Shown: positions 1 through 7,855, counted from the stretch's first letter. The stretch: 28,495 nucleotides of DNA from Candidatus Nanoarchaeia archaeon (GCA_035291205.1 DATDSP010000082.1:1-28495); one strand, 5' to 3'. The notes: generated by a model from the letters alone, not told the origin. A program made the numbers and translations.

Positions 1-2
1 TA

Positions 3-560
3 ACTCCTTTAATAAAAAAACATTTAGAAAATGAAATCCCTCATAATCCACATGAAGTTCTGGCTGTTGTTGATGATAATGACAACATTATTGGAAAAAC
101 CACGCGCAAAGATGTTCATATAAACTGAATGCTTCACAGGGAAGCCTCAGTATTAATTGTGAATTCGCGAAATGAAATTCTTCTGCAGAAAAGAGCTGAC
201 AATGGGAAGCTGGACTACTCTGCTTCAGGACACTTTCCCATCAATGAAGATTATTCAGAAGGAGCTGTCAGAGAAATCAAAGAGGAGCTGGGATTGGATG
301 TAGATAAAAGAAAGCTTGTGAAGATTGTAAAACTCAGAATTGATTATTCAGGCAGATTTGTAAATAACCGATTCATAACACTTTTTGAAGTCAGAGGGGA
401 TTACAGCATAAATGACGTGGATTTGAATAAGGGCGAAGTTAGTTCGATCGGGTACTTTTCTGTTGCTGAACTTAAAAGAATCATAAAAAAAAATCCTGAA
501 AAGATGGGCAGGGGATTGCTGGAATCATTGAAAACGTACTTAAAGATGAGAAAAGTGTAA
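3..560 (+). pseudogene. NUDIX hydrolase (IPP-isomerase type 1-like) interrupted by an in-frame TGA at 126-128; 5' end lies upstream of the window
   Basis: The frame of ORF 129..560 is open from position 3 and reads ...EVLAVVDDNDNIIGKTTRKDVHIN*MLHREASVLIVNSRNEILLQKR. This is the typical N-terminus of Idi-like NUDIX proteins. The Nudix box GHFPINEDYSEGAVREIKEELG fits G-x5-E-x7-REUxEExG. Confidence 0.72.
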
Positions 561-570
561 TGTTATACTC

Positions 571-590
571 ACTTGCTATAACTTGCTATA
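571..590. repeat. 10-bp tandem duplication (ACTTGCTATA)x2
   Basis: Exact adjacent copies at 571-580 and 581-590. Confidence 0.7.
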
Positions 591-604
591 ATTTCTGTTA
601 AACT

Positions 605-682
605 GTGATGCGCTCATAAGTTACTTCCGCTCATCATCCCCGAAGGTCTGCTGGTGTTCACCAACTCCTCGCGCATTTTCAC
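605..682. repeat. GC-richer palindromic stretch between convergent genes
   Basis: GTGA-TGCGC (605-613) can pair with GCGCA (671-675) and TCAC (679-682). Inner hairpins are CC-CGAA-GG and TGGT-GTTC-ACCA. CGCTCAT occurs twice (611, 628). Confidence 0.4.
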
Positions 683-701
683 TTAACCGCTCGAAGAATG
701 C

Positions 702-1520
702 CTAAAGAATCTTGAAGTCAATGCAGACTCTGTGCATCCTGGGGGCAGGCTGTCCGCACTTAACAAAGCGTATCAATTTAAACTTTCTGTTTCTAAGGGC
801 GCGCCTTATCTTTTTTATTGAAGATTGAGGGATTTCTTCTTCCTTTGAAAAGTCGTAGAAATGTATTATTGCCCCTTTTTTCGATGCATTGAGTGCTGGC
901 TGGAGAAATGTCTCTCCTGTTTTTGGAAGGGGCATAATTATCCTATCAAATTTCTTTTTCAGCTGGGGAATTACTTTTTTGACGTTTCCTTTGTAGAGGA
1001 AAATGTTTTTGAACTTGTTCAGCTTGACATTTTCAACAGCATATTTGTGCGCATCAGGGTTTATTTCAATTCCAAAAATTTCTTTTGCTTTAGAATTTCT
1101 CGCAATTACAAGAGGGTAAGGGCCGCATCCGGAAAACATCACAAGCACGGATTCCTTTGGCTTTACAATGGAAGCGATTCTTTTGCGCTCATTGCTAAGT
1201 CTTGGTGAAAAAAAAACCTTGGAAACATCGAGCTTTATTGAAACTCCATTCTCACGATAAATTGTTTCTGTTCTTTTCTCACCACCAATGCACTTAACAC
1301 CCTGTATTCTGTGCTTTCCTTTATGGCCTCCTATTTTCTCAAACACTGTTTTTACATTCCTGTGCTGTTCAAGAAGTTTTTCTGCAATAATCTTCTTATC
1401 TCTCCTGAGAGTTTCAGGAATTTCAATAAGAAGTATGTCTCCGATTAAGTCATAGCTTTTTGGAATATTTACTTGTTTTGTTTTTTCTTCACTTCTCTCT
1501 CTACTTCCCACTAAAACCAT
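702..1520 (-). CDS. trm5: tRNA (guanine-37-N1) methyltransferase Trm5, probably Trm5a/Taw22-like and lacking the D1 domain
   Basis: Motifs P..YDLIGDI, ENG..IKLDV.KVFFSPRL..ER, MFSGCGPYPLVIAR, DRIIMPLPK and IIHFYDF. Length is only 272 aa. Confidence 0.9.
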   Translation of the reverse strand: MVLVGSRERSEEKTKQVNIPKSYDLIGDILLIEIPETLRRDKKIIAEKLLEQHRNVKTVFEKIGGHKGKHRIQGVKCIGGEKRTETIYRENGVSIKLDVSKVFFSPRLSNERKRIASIVKPKESVLVMFSGCGPYPLVIARNSKAKEIFGIEINPDAHKYAVENVKLNKFKNIFLYKGNVKKVIPQLKKKFDRIIMPLPKTGETFLQPALNASKKGAIIHFYDFSKEEEIPQSSIKKIRRALRNRKFKLIRFVKCGQPAPRMHRVCIDFKIL

Positions 1521-2545
1521 TTTTTCAGCCCTTCCTGAGAGTTTTTCTCATAAAAATCAGTTATTTCATCGGCTGTTTTTTCCACTCTTTCCCTTGAAAA
1601 ATCGTGTTCATCAACAAGAATATGCATCATTCTTTCCTTGCTGGGTTTCTTCCATTCAAGGCGATAATCTTCAGTTACTTCAATTTTCTCAAATATTTCA
1701 AAAACCTCTCTCCATCCAAAATTAAAAGAATCGTCCCATTTCACTTTTTCAAATAAAGAATCAAAATCTGAAGGATATTCACTAACAAGCTTAAGTGCTG
1801 TTTTCGGGCCTATTCCCTTTATTCCTCCGTAATTGAAATCTGTTCCTGTAAGCATTCCCAGAACAATAAGCTGTTCATGGCTTATCTTTAGATTTTTAAG
1901 GTTTTCATCCAATACAAAAATTTCAGGACTTATTGAATCGTAGCCAAGTTTTCCTGTTTTTTTCTTTCTTCCAGTTATTGAAAGGTTCCTGACAAGTTTT
2001 TTTGCCCCAAACAGGAAGCAGTCAGCATCCTGTGAAGAAACCGCATAAGCATCTCCTTTTTTTGTCATAAATGATGCTTGAGCTTCCCCTTCTGAAGGAG
2101 CCTGAACTGTTGGAATGCCCATTGCAGAAAGAAGTGTTTTTGCCTCTCCCACCATTTCAGGAGTAAGCCTTGATGTTCTTGAGGCATATTTCTTCATCTG
2201 TATAATATCTTCTTTTTCAGATGCTTCTTCAAATTTTTTTTCTGCCACAAGCTTGAGCTCGTGCCTTCTTTTCTGCTCCTTCTTTTTCAATTCAGGAGAT
2301 TTGCCATCAAAAACATACACCATCCTAATCCCCTTCTGCATCAGATTGGATGTTCTTGAAAAAAGCCCCGTGAGATGGCTTGTAACACTTCCTTTTGAAT
2401 CCGTAAGAAGGCTTCCGTCATTAGATCTTATTGTTGAAAGAAACTGAAAAAGGTGATTTGAAGCATCTACTGCGGTTACCTTTCCAGCGAGCTCGTTGAA
2501 GCTGATTTCATTCCCCTTAAACAAGTCAATTATTTTAACTCCCAT
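1511..2545 (-). CDS. fen: Flap endonuclease 1
   Basis: N-terminal MGV, DASNHLFQFLSTIR, VYVFDG, APSEGEAQ, SQDADCFLFG, H3TH motif GTDFNYGGIKGIGPKTA and C-terminal PIP box QEGLKKWF. Confidence 0.97.
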   Translation of the reverse strand: MGVKIIDLFKGNEISFNELAGKVTAVDASNHLFQFLSTIRSNDGSLLTDSKGSVTSHLTGLFSRTSNLMQKGIRMVYVFDGKSPELKKKEQKRRHELKLVAEKKFEEASEKEDIIQMKKYASRTSRLTPEMVGEAKTLLSAMGIPTVQAPSEGEAQASFMTKKGDAYAVSSQDADCFLFGAKKLVRNLSITGRKKKTGKLGYDSISPEIFVLDENLKNLKISHEQLIVLGMLTGTDFNYGGIKGIGPKTALKLVSEYPSDFDSLFEKVKWDDSFNFGWREVFEIFEKIEVTEDYRLEWKKPSKERMMHILVDEHDFSRERVEKTADEITDFYEKNSQEGLKKWF

Positions 2546-2560
2546 TTTAAGCCACGGAAA

Positions 2561-3526
2561 TCATTCTATTTTCATTACCTGAACATTCTGAAATTCGGGG
2601 TTTGAAAGGAGATTTTTTGCCTTTTTACTCAACTCACCCGTAGTCAAAAAAAGAACAGGTAGTTTTCTTATCTGCCCTTGGACAAACGCCGAGCTGAGGT
2701 CTAAATCGGAACAGCTTTTTTTTGACTTTGCCTTACAATAATAAGAAACTGTTCCAACTGCACTTGGAACCTTGATGATGAAATCTGCTTCAGAATTTTT
2801 CTTTACCAAGTTTTTTTCAACAACTTCCATGCTGTTGCTTCTGAAATACTGCTCTATTTTCATGAAAAAATCGAATTTTTGAGTTTTTTCTTTTATAATT
2901 TTTCCATTTTTTTCTGGATTTTCATATTTTTTTGATTTTTCAGTCTTTTCAGGAGTGTCGTTCTTTGATTTTTCAGTCTTTTCAGTAGCGTCAATTTTTT
3001 GAATCTTAAGCTCGTCGAAAATTTTTGATGAATCTCCAGTTTTTTTCTCTAAAGAATTTGACAGTATTGCCTTCACTATTTTCTTCACATCCTTCGCTTT
3101 CTCAATTTCAAGAATTTTCAGCTCCTCATCATTCACAAGATACCATTTCCATGCTTTTTCCTGTTTGTTATTTTTTGTTATAACTATTTGAACTGCAAAA
3201 TCCTTTAATTTTTCAGCAATTTGCCTTTGAGACAAATCCAACTCAGAATCGCACAGCACTTTCTTGTCAGCAAGCAAGTGGCAGAATTCTTTTTCCTTAT
3301 CAGGAAGCTTATCCATAAAGAACTGAAGTTTTTCTTCTTGACCTTCAACAAAGTAAATGGGGAAACCTCCTATTTTTATTGAAGATGCCTGTATTATTTT
3401 TTTTTCAGAAAGATCAGCGAGGTAAGCCGATGCAATCAAAATAGTTGTTTTTAACTCCCGTGCAATCTGAGCAGGCTTGACAGGCCCTTTTTGTTTTATT
3501 ATTTCAATTATTTTTTCCATTGACAT
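2561..3526 (-). CDS. Uncharacterised protein: N-terminal winged-HTH, Lys/Glu-rich linker, C-terminal restriction-endonuclease-like fold
   Basis: 321-aa ORF packed between endA (1-nt gap) and fen (15-nt gap). N-terminus IIEIIKQKGPVKPAQIARELK is wHTH-like. C-terminus ADFIIKV...YYCKAKSKK...LPVLFLTTG resembles a PD-(D/E)xK scaffold. Confidence 0.7.
   Translation of the reverse strand: MSMEKIIEIIKQKGPVKPAQIARELKTTILIASAYLADLSEKKIIQASSIKIGGFPIYFVEGQEEKLQFFMDKLPDKEKEFCHLLADKKVLCDSELDLSQRQIAEKLKDFAVQIVITKNNKQEKAWKWYLVNDEELKILEIEKAKDVKKIVKAILSNSLEKKTGDSSKIFDELKIQKIDATEKTEKSKNDTPEKTEKSKKYENPEKNGKIIKEKTQKFDFFMKIEQYFRSNSMEVVEKNLVKKNSEADFIIKVPSAVGTVSYYCKAKSKKSCSDLDLSSAFVQGQIRKLPVLFLTTGELSKKAKNLLSNPEFQNVQVMKIE
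2931..2985. repeat. Intragenic 22-bp direct repeat, 33-bp period (encodes EKTEKSK twice)
   Basis: TTTGATTTTTCAGTCTTTTCAG at 2931-2952 and 2964-2985. Confidence 0.8.
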
Positions 3527-3527
3527 T

Positions 3528-4061
3528 TTAAGGCCTCGTCCATCTTATTTCATAGTATGTGACATCCTGTTCATCATCAACAACACCAATAAGCAGCCTT
3601 TTTTTTGTGCTGTGAGCAACCCTGTTTTTTGCTGAAAACTCATACCATGTGTGATGCTCTGACTCATGCACAGGGTAAACAATCCATTTTGCGTGGTCCT
3701 CTCCAGGCTTCACTCCTCTTTCATACACCCTGAAGTCAGCGCCAAACTTCAAAGCAGTTTTTATTATGTACCCCCTGTTTCTTATGTCCCTGAAAACAGA
3801 GTATCTTGTCCAGAAGTTGGGTTCAAATTTCTGGGATTTTTTTACAAATGCATCAAATTCTATCTTTTTGTTTTTACTATTAAGAATGTCAATTCTTTTC
3901 TTTTCAAGCAGATAAAGACCTTCCAAGAGTGAAAGCTGAACCCTGCCGTCTTCAAGCAAATAGCCATACCTGCTTTGATTGTAAAGTTCCCTTGCCGAAT
4001 CCGAACTTTCTGTAAGTATTCTTTCACGAGAAAAGATTGCCTTGACTGATTCTTTTGTCAT
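3528..4061 (-). CDS. endA: tRNA-splicing endonuclease, single-unit (alpha4-type size)
   Basis: QLSLLEGLYL, KFGADFRVY (catalytic Tyr), GEDHA (His) and HSTKKRLL (Lys). The start is placed at ATG 4061 (MTKES) because a TATA box lies about 24 nt upstream; the ORF track extends to 4142. Confidence 0.95.
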   Translation of the reverse strand: MTKESVKAIFSRERILTESSDSARELYNQSRYGYLLEDGRVQLSLLEGLYLLEKKRIDILNSKNKKIEFDAFVKKSQKFEPNFWTRYSVFRDIRNRGYIIKTALKFGADFRVYERGVKPGEDHAKWIVYPVHESEHHTWYEFSAKNRVAHSTKKRLLIGVVDDEQDVTYYEIRWTRP

Positions 4062-4083
4062 ATATCTTATGAACAGCCATACA

Positions 4084-4092
4084 TTTATATAA
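4084..4092. promoter_or_regulatory. TATA box shared by divergent endA and rnz
   Basis: TTTATATAA reads as a TATA box on both strands and lies about 23-24 nt from both ATG 4061 (minus) and ATG 4115 (plus). Confidence 0.55.
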
Positions 4093-4114
4093 TTTTTTAT
4101 GTTTACAGCGGTAA

Positions 4115-5011
4115 ATGATTGAAATAACTTTCCTGGGAACAAGCGCTATGCAGCCTACAAAAGAAAGAAATACTGCTTCTTTTCTGCTAAATTACAAAGG
4201 AGAAACTTTTTTGTTCGACTGTGGTGAGGGAACACAGAGGCAGATGAAAATTGCTGGATTAAGTGTGGGGGATGTTGACAAAATTTTCATAACCCACTGG
4301 CATGGAGACCATGTTCTTGGGCTTCCAGGACTTATTCAGACAATTGCCTCAGCAAACCCTGAAAAAATAATTGAGATATACGGCCCGAAAGGAACCAGGC
4401 AAAATATGAAAAAATTATTTGAGATATTTGCATTCAGGGAAAAACATAATTTGTTTATAAAAGATGTTAAAAAAGGGAAAATTCTTAACACAGAAAAATA
4501 TTTTGTTGAAACGCGACCCTTAGAGCATGGCATACCTTGTGCAGGATATTCATTTGTTGAAAAAGACAGGAGAAGGATAAATCTCAATTATATAAAAAAA
4601 ATAGGAATTCCTGAAGGGCCTCTTCTTGGAAAACTCCAAGATGGAAAATCAATAATTTTTAATGCAAAAAAAATAACTCCAAAGGAGTCTACTTATTTAG
4701 TAAAAGGGAAAAAAATAACCCACATATCCGACACTTTATTTTGCGGTAATTCATTAAAGCTTGCAAAAAATTCTGATGTGCTGATATGTGAGTCGTCTTA
4801 TGCTGACAGCCTGCTGGATAAGGCAGAGGAATATAAGCATATGACTGCAAGACAGGCTGCGATGCTGGCAACACAATCAAATTCAAAAGAACTTATATTA
4901 ACACATTTCAGCCAAAGATACAAGACTATTGAAGAGATAAAAGAAGAAGCTGTTGAGGGATTTAAAAATTCTGTTTGTGCGTATGATTTTATGAAAAAAA
5001 AAATTGAGTGA
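4115..5011 (+). CDS. rnz: Ribonuclease Z (tRNA 3' processing)
   Basis: FLGTSAMQPTKERN, FDCGEGTQRQ, THWHGDHVLG (HxHxDH), exosite GIPEGPLLGKLQ, HMTARQAA and LTHFSQRY. Confidence 0.97.
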   Translation: MIEITFLGTSAMQPTKERNTASFLLNYKGETFLFDCGEGTQRQMKIAGLSVGDVDKIFITHWHGDHVLGLPGLIQTIASANPEKIIEIYGPKGTRQNMKKLFEIFAFREKHNLFIKDVKKGKILNTEKYFVETRPLEHGIPCAGYSFVEKDRRRINLNYIKKIGIPEGPLLGKLQDGKSIIFNAKKITPKESTYLVKGKKITHISDTLFCGNSLKLAKNSDVLICESSYADSLLDKAEEYKHMTARQAAMLATQSNSKELILTHFSQRYKTIEEIKEEAVEGFKNSVCAYDFMKKKIE

Positions 5012-5164
5012 AGTGATTGAAATTTGATGTTGTAAAACTTGTTATTGTAGTGGGGTTTTTTGATTCTTTTTATCAGAAGAATTTGTTGTATTTTATAAAT
5101 ACACAACCACAAGAGAGATTTTATCCGTGCTTTTTATCTACATGCCAAAAAATTTTTTACCACC

Positions 5165-5374
5165 TTATTTTGCGGCAAGCTTAATGTCCCCTGCTTTTAT
5201 TGTTTTTCTTCCAGCATGCGACGCATATCTTACTGCATTCGAAGCAATTTCCTCAGCAATCCCCTCAATAACATCCTTAAGAGCTTCTTTTGCTGAATCA
5301 GAAACTCTTTCAGCTCCAGCGTGCTTCATTATTTTTTCCATTGTTGCAAGAGGTATAAGCTTTTTTGAAGTCAT
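5165..5374 (-). CDS. Archaeal histone (HMf/HMt family)
   Basis: 69 aa with IPLATMEKIMKHAGAERVS and HAGRKTIKAGDI, the histone-fold signature. Confidence 0.95.
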   Translation of the reverse strand: MTSKKLIPLATMEKIMKHAGAERVSDSAKEALKDVIEGIAEEIASNAVRYASHAGRKTIKAGDIKLAAK

Positions 5375-5406
5375 TCAAGTCACATTACCTTTAATCATAC
5401 ACAAGG

Positions 5407-5415
5407 TATTTAAAT
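5407..5415. promoter_or_regulatory. TATA box in the histone/hjc divergent spacer
   Basis: TATTTAAAT lies about 22 nt before hjc ATG 5437. On the minus strand it is preceded by an A-rich BRE-like run and points to the histone gene. Confidence 0.45.
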
Positions 5416-5436
5416 TTTTTCAATTTAACAGGCAGA

Positions 5437-5826
5437 ATGACAAGAAAAAGCAAAGGAACAAATGCTGAAAGGGAGATTGTTAGAATGTTCTGGCAGAATG
5501 GCTGGGCCTGCTTCAGAAGTGCCGGCTCAGGCTCGATGAGGTTTCCAGGGCCTGACATAATTGCTGGAAATAAAGTGAGAAAAATTGCGATTGAGTGCAA
5601 AACAACAAAGGGAACCTCAATTTACCTCGATGACCATGATGTGAGTCAGATTAAAGAATTCTCCGATTCATTCGGAGCCGAGCCATGGGTTGGTGTAAGA
5701 TTTGACAAAGTGGGTTGGTTTTTCCTTAACCTAGAAGACATTGAAAAAACAGGAAAAGGGTATAAGCTTGATTTGTTTGGTGCAAAGAGAAAAGGGCTGA
5801 GTTTTGAAGAGCTCATACAACAATAA
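5437..5826 (+). CDS. hjc: Holliday junction resolvase Hjc
   Basis: KGTNAEREIV, RSAGSGS, PDIIAG and IECK (PD-(D/E)xK catalytic motif). Confidence 0.93.
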   Translation: MTRKSKGTNAEREIVRMFWQNGWACFRSAGSGSMRFPGPDIIAGNKVRKIAIECKTTKGTSIYLDDHDVSQIKEFSDSFGAEPWVGVRFDKVGWFFLNLEDIEKTGKGYKLDLFGAKRKGLSFEELIQQ

Positions 5827-5856
5827 AAATCAATCATTATTTCACCTACAAAAAAA

Positions 5857-5871
5857 CGAAAGATTTAAAAA
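5857..5871 (+). promoter_or_regulatory. BRE-TATA promoter upstream of tfe
   Basis: CGAAAGATTTAAAAA; a near-identical motif precedes trmB (6970) and the Tat lipoprotein (25777). Confidence 0.55.
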
Positions 5872-5936
5872 ACAAAAATACCAATATTGGTTTTATAAAG
5901 ACCAGTTGTGAATTCTGGTTTAGAAAAGTGATTTAA

Positions 5937-6443
5937 ATGAAAATTTCAAACAAAGTAATAGAAGAAATGATAAGTGAGGTTGCAGGAGAAGACACGCTGG
6001 TAGTGGTGAAAACCCTAAAGAACAAGAAGAACGTTTCGGAATTCAAGCTTGCAGAAGATATTAACAGGGAAGTAAATGAAACAAGAAATATGTTATACCG
6101 CCTCTATTACGTTAATTTGGTTACTTTCATAAGAAAGAAAGACAAGAAAAAAGGATGGTATATTTATTATTGGACATTTAACAACAAAATTTTGAAATAT
6201 TTGATTGTTAATGTAAAAAAGAAAAAACTTGAAAAATTGAAAGAGCGTCTTGAAAGAGAGAAAAAAAGCAATTTTTTTATCTGCACAAACAAATGTATAA
6301 GACTTGATTTTGAGCAGGCAATTGATTTTGAGTACAAATGCCCTGAATGTGGCCAACTTATGTTTGAGGATGACAATTCCAATAAAATAGGGCAATTGGA
6401 GAAAAATATAAAAGAATTAGAAAAAGAATTAAAAAAATCCTAA
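5937..6443 (+). CDS. tfe: Transcription factor E, alpha subunit
   Basis: wHTH with RNMLYRLY and KKKGWYIYYW, followed by a zinc ribbon C-x3-C...CPECG. Confidence 0.9.
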   Translation: MKISNKVIEEMISEVAGEDTLVVVKTLKNKKNVSEFKLAEDINREVNETRNMLYRLYYVNLVTFIRKKDKKKGWYIYYWTFNNKILKYLIVNVKKKKLEKLKERLEREKKSNFFICTNKCIRLDFEQAIDFEYKCPECGQLMFEDDNSNKIGQLEKNIKELEKELKKS

Positions 6444-6447
6444 TACT

Positions 6448-6645
6448 TTATTTTCTTCTTCTGATTATTGCCTTTTCAATTTTAATTTCTTCCTTAATCA
6501 TTTTCTCAGCTATTTTTTCGACATGCGATTCCATATTTGCAACTCTTCGCTCCATAAGCACAAGAACTCTTAAGCTGTAAACAATTGCTGCAAGAACCCC
6601 TATTATCACGCTGAGAATTATTTGTTCTATTGAAAGACCTGCCAT
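6448..6645 (-). CDS. Small single-pass membrane protein with basic/coiled C-terminal tail
   Basis: 65 aa with one hydrophobic helix (IILSVIIGVLAAIVYSLRVLVLM) and a GGAGG-like ribosome-binding site upstream (CCTCC at 6651-6655 on plus). Confidence 0.7.
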   Translation of the reverse strand: MAGLSIEQIILSVIIGVLAAIVYSLRVLVLMERRVANMESHVEKIAEKMIKEEIKIEKAIIRRRK

Positions 6646-6790
6646 TTTGACCTCCTTTTTTGTAAAATTAAAAAATATGAATTGTTTTGTTTCTTAAAAT
6701 TTATTAATAATTTATTATTTATATTATATTTAAATAGTTTTCCATAATCCGTATGTAAATATCTTCCTTAAAGTCAAAACTCCATAAAAC

Positions 6791-6865
6791 AATTTTACCG
6801 ACGAGCGTTGCAAGGTTTTGTTTCTGAAGGAACGCAGCTCCACCTTCACTCCCGTCGAGAATTTT
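6791..6865. repeat. Nested hairpin related to the palindromic element family
   Basis: CGACG (6799-6803) pairs with CGTCG (6853-6857), GAGC with GCTC, and GTTTC-TGAA-GGAAC (6820-6833) gives a CTTCAG loop on the minus strand. Confidence 0.4.
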
Positions 6866-6969
6866 TAAGATGCCGCCCCCTACCACAATCTTTGCCGAAT
6901 TGATGATAAAAAACACATATTCAAACATATTTCAAACGTGTTTTTATCACTAATCAATAGCAAATAAGC

Positions 6970-6984
6970 CGAAAGATTTAAATA
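6970..6984 (+). promoter_or_regulatory. BRE-TATA promoter upstream of the TrmB-family gene
   Basis: CGAAAGATTTAAATA. Confidence 0.55.
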
Positions 6985-7054
6985 CTCCTTCTTGTTTTTA
7001 ACTTTAAAATTAAAAAAAAGGTTTGTTTAAAAGATTTGGCAGCAGAGGGATACG

Positions 7055-7855
7055 ATGATTGTACAGAAAGAATTTTTGCATAAATTAAAGGATTTTGGCA
7101 TTAACAGCTATGAATCAAAGCTTTGGACAGCTCTTCTTTCAAGAGGGGTTTCAACTGCTGGTGAATTAAGTGACATTGCAGATGTTCCAAGATCAAGAAG
7201 TTATGATGTTCTTGAGTCCCTTGAAAAAAAAGGTTTTATTGTTATGAAGGTTGGCAAGCCAATAAAATACATTGCAGTCCCTCCTTCAGAAGTTCTGGAA
7301 AGAGTGAAAAAGAGAATAAAAGAAGATTCTGAACAACACACAAAAATTGTCGATGAATTAAATGGTAGTGAAATATTAAATGAACTGACGTTGCTTCATT
7401 CACAGGGAATTGACCTTGTTGATCCTTCTGATGTCACTGGAAGCATCAAGGGAAGAAACAACATAATGAATCATATTGAGTCTGCAATCAAGAATACTGA
7501 AAAAAATGTTTTAATTGTAACTTCTGAACAGGGGCTTGTAAGAAAATTGGAAATTATTAAAAAAGTGCTTGATAGAAACAAGGGAAAGAAAATTGAAATT
7601 AGAATAATTGCTCCCTTAACAAAAGACTCACAAAAATTTGTGCGGGAATATAAAAGTTATTGTGAAATAAGACACACTGACAAACTCAAAGCGAGGTTTT
7701 GTGTTGTAGACGGCAAGGAAATGATTTTTATGATAACAGATGATGAAGAAATTCACCCTAGTTATGATACTGGTATCTGGATTAATTCAAAATTCTTTTC
7801 TGGGGCGATAAACCATGTTTTCAATGAAAGCTGGAATAATTTAAAGAAAAACTAG
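7055..7855 (+). CDS. TrmB-family transcriptional regulator / chromatin protein
   Basis: FGINSYESKLWTALLSRGVSTAGELSDIADVPRSRSYDVLESLEKKGF (TrmB wHTH), a coiled linker and a C-terminal effector-like domain (RFCVVDGKE). Confidence 0.9.
   Translation: MIVQKEFLHKLKDFGINSYESKLWTALLSRGVSTAGELSDIADVPRSRSYDVLESLEKKGFIVMKVGKPIKYIAVPPSEVLERVKKRIKEDSEQHTKIVDELNGSEILNELTLLHSQGIDLVDPSDVTGSIKGRNNIMNHIESAIKNTEKNVLIVTSEQGLVRKLEIIKKVLDRNKGKKIEIRIIAPLTKDSQKFVREYKSYCEIRHTDKLKARFCVVDGKEMIFMITDDEEIHPSYDTGIWINSKFFSGAINHVFNESWNNLKKN

Noticed and set aside
126-128. Genome-wide UGA=Gly recoding (genetic code 25) as explanation of the NUDIX stop
   Set aside because: TGA clearly terminates rnz, the ThiI-like gene, the SAMP gene (needed for its C-terminal GG) and rnp3. 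No other gene here is interrupted by TGA, and Gly uses normal GGN codons.
615-640. Box C/D sRNA (ATGATGA on the minus strand)
   Set aside because: No properly placed CTGA D or D' box and no terminal stem.
2507-2545. Shared QEGL(K/G)KWF tails of FEN1 and DP2 as a novel motif (FEN1 tail at 1514-1537, DP2 tail near 15366-15389; coordinates given mark only the fen start)
   Set aside because: These are canonical PCNA-interacting (PIP) boxes expected in both proteins.
6719-6928. 69-aa minus-strand ORF upstream of the small membrane gene
   Set aside because: It overlaps the hairpin element and promoter DNA, with no RBS or recognisable domain.
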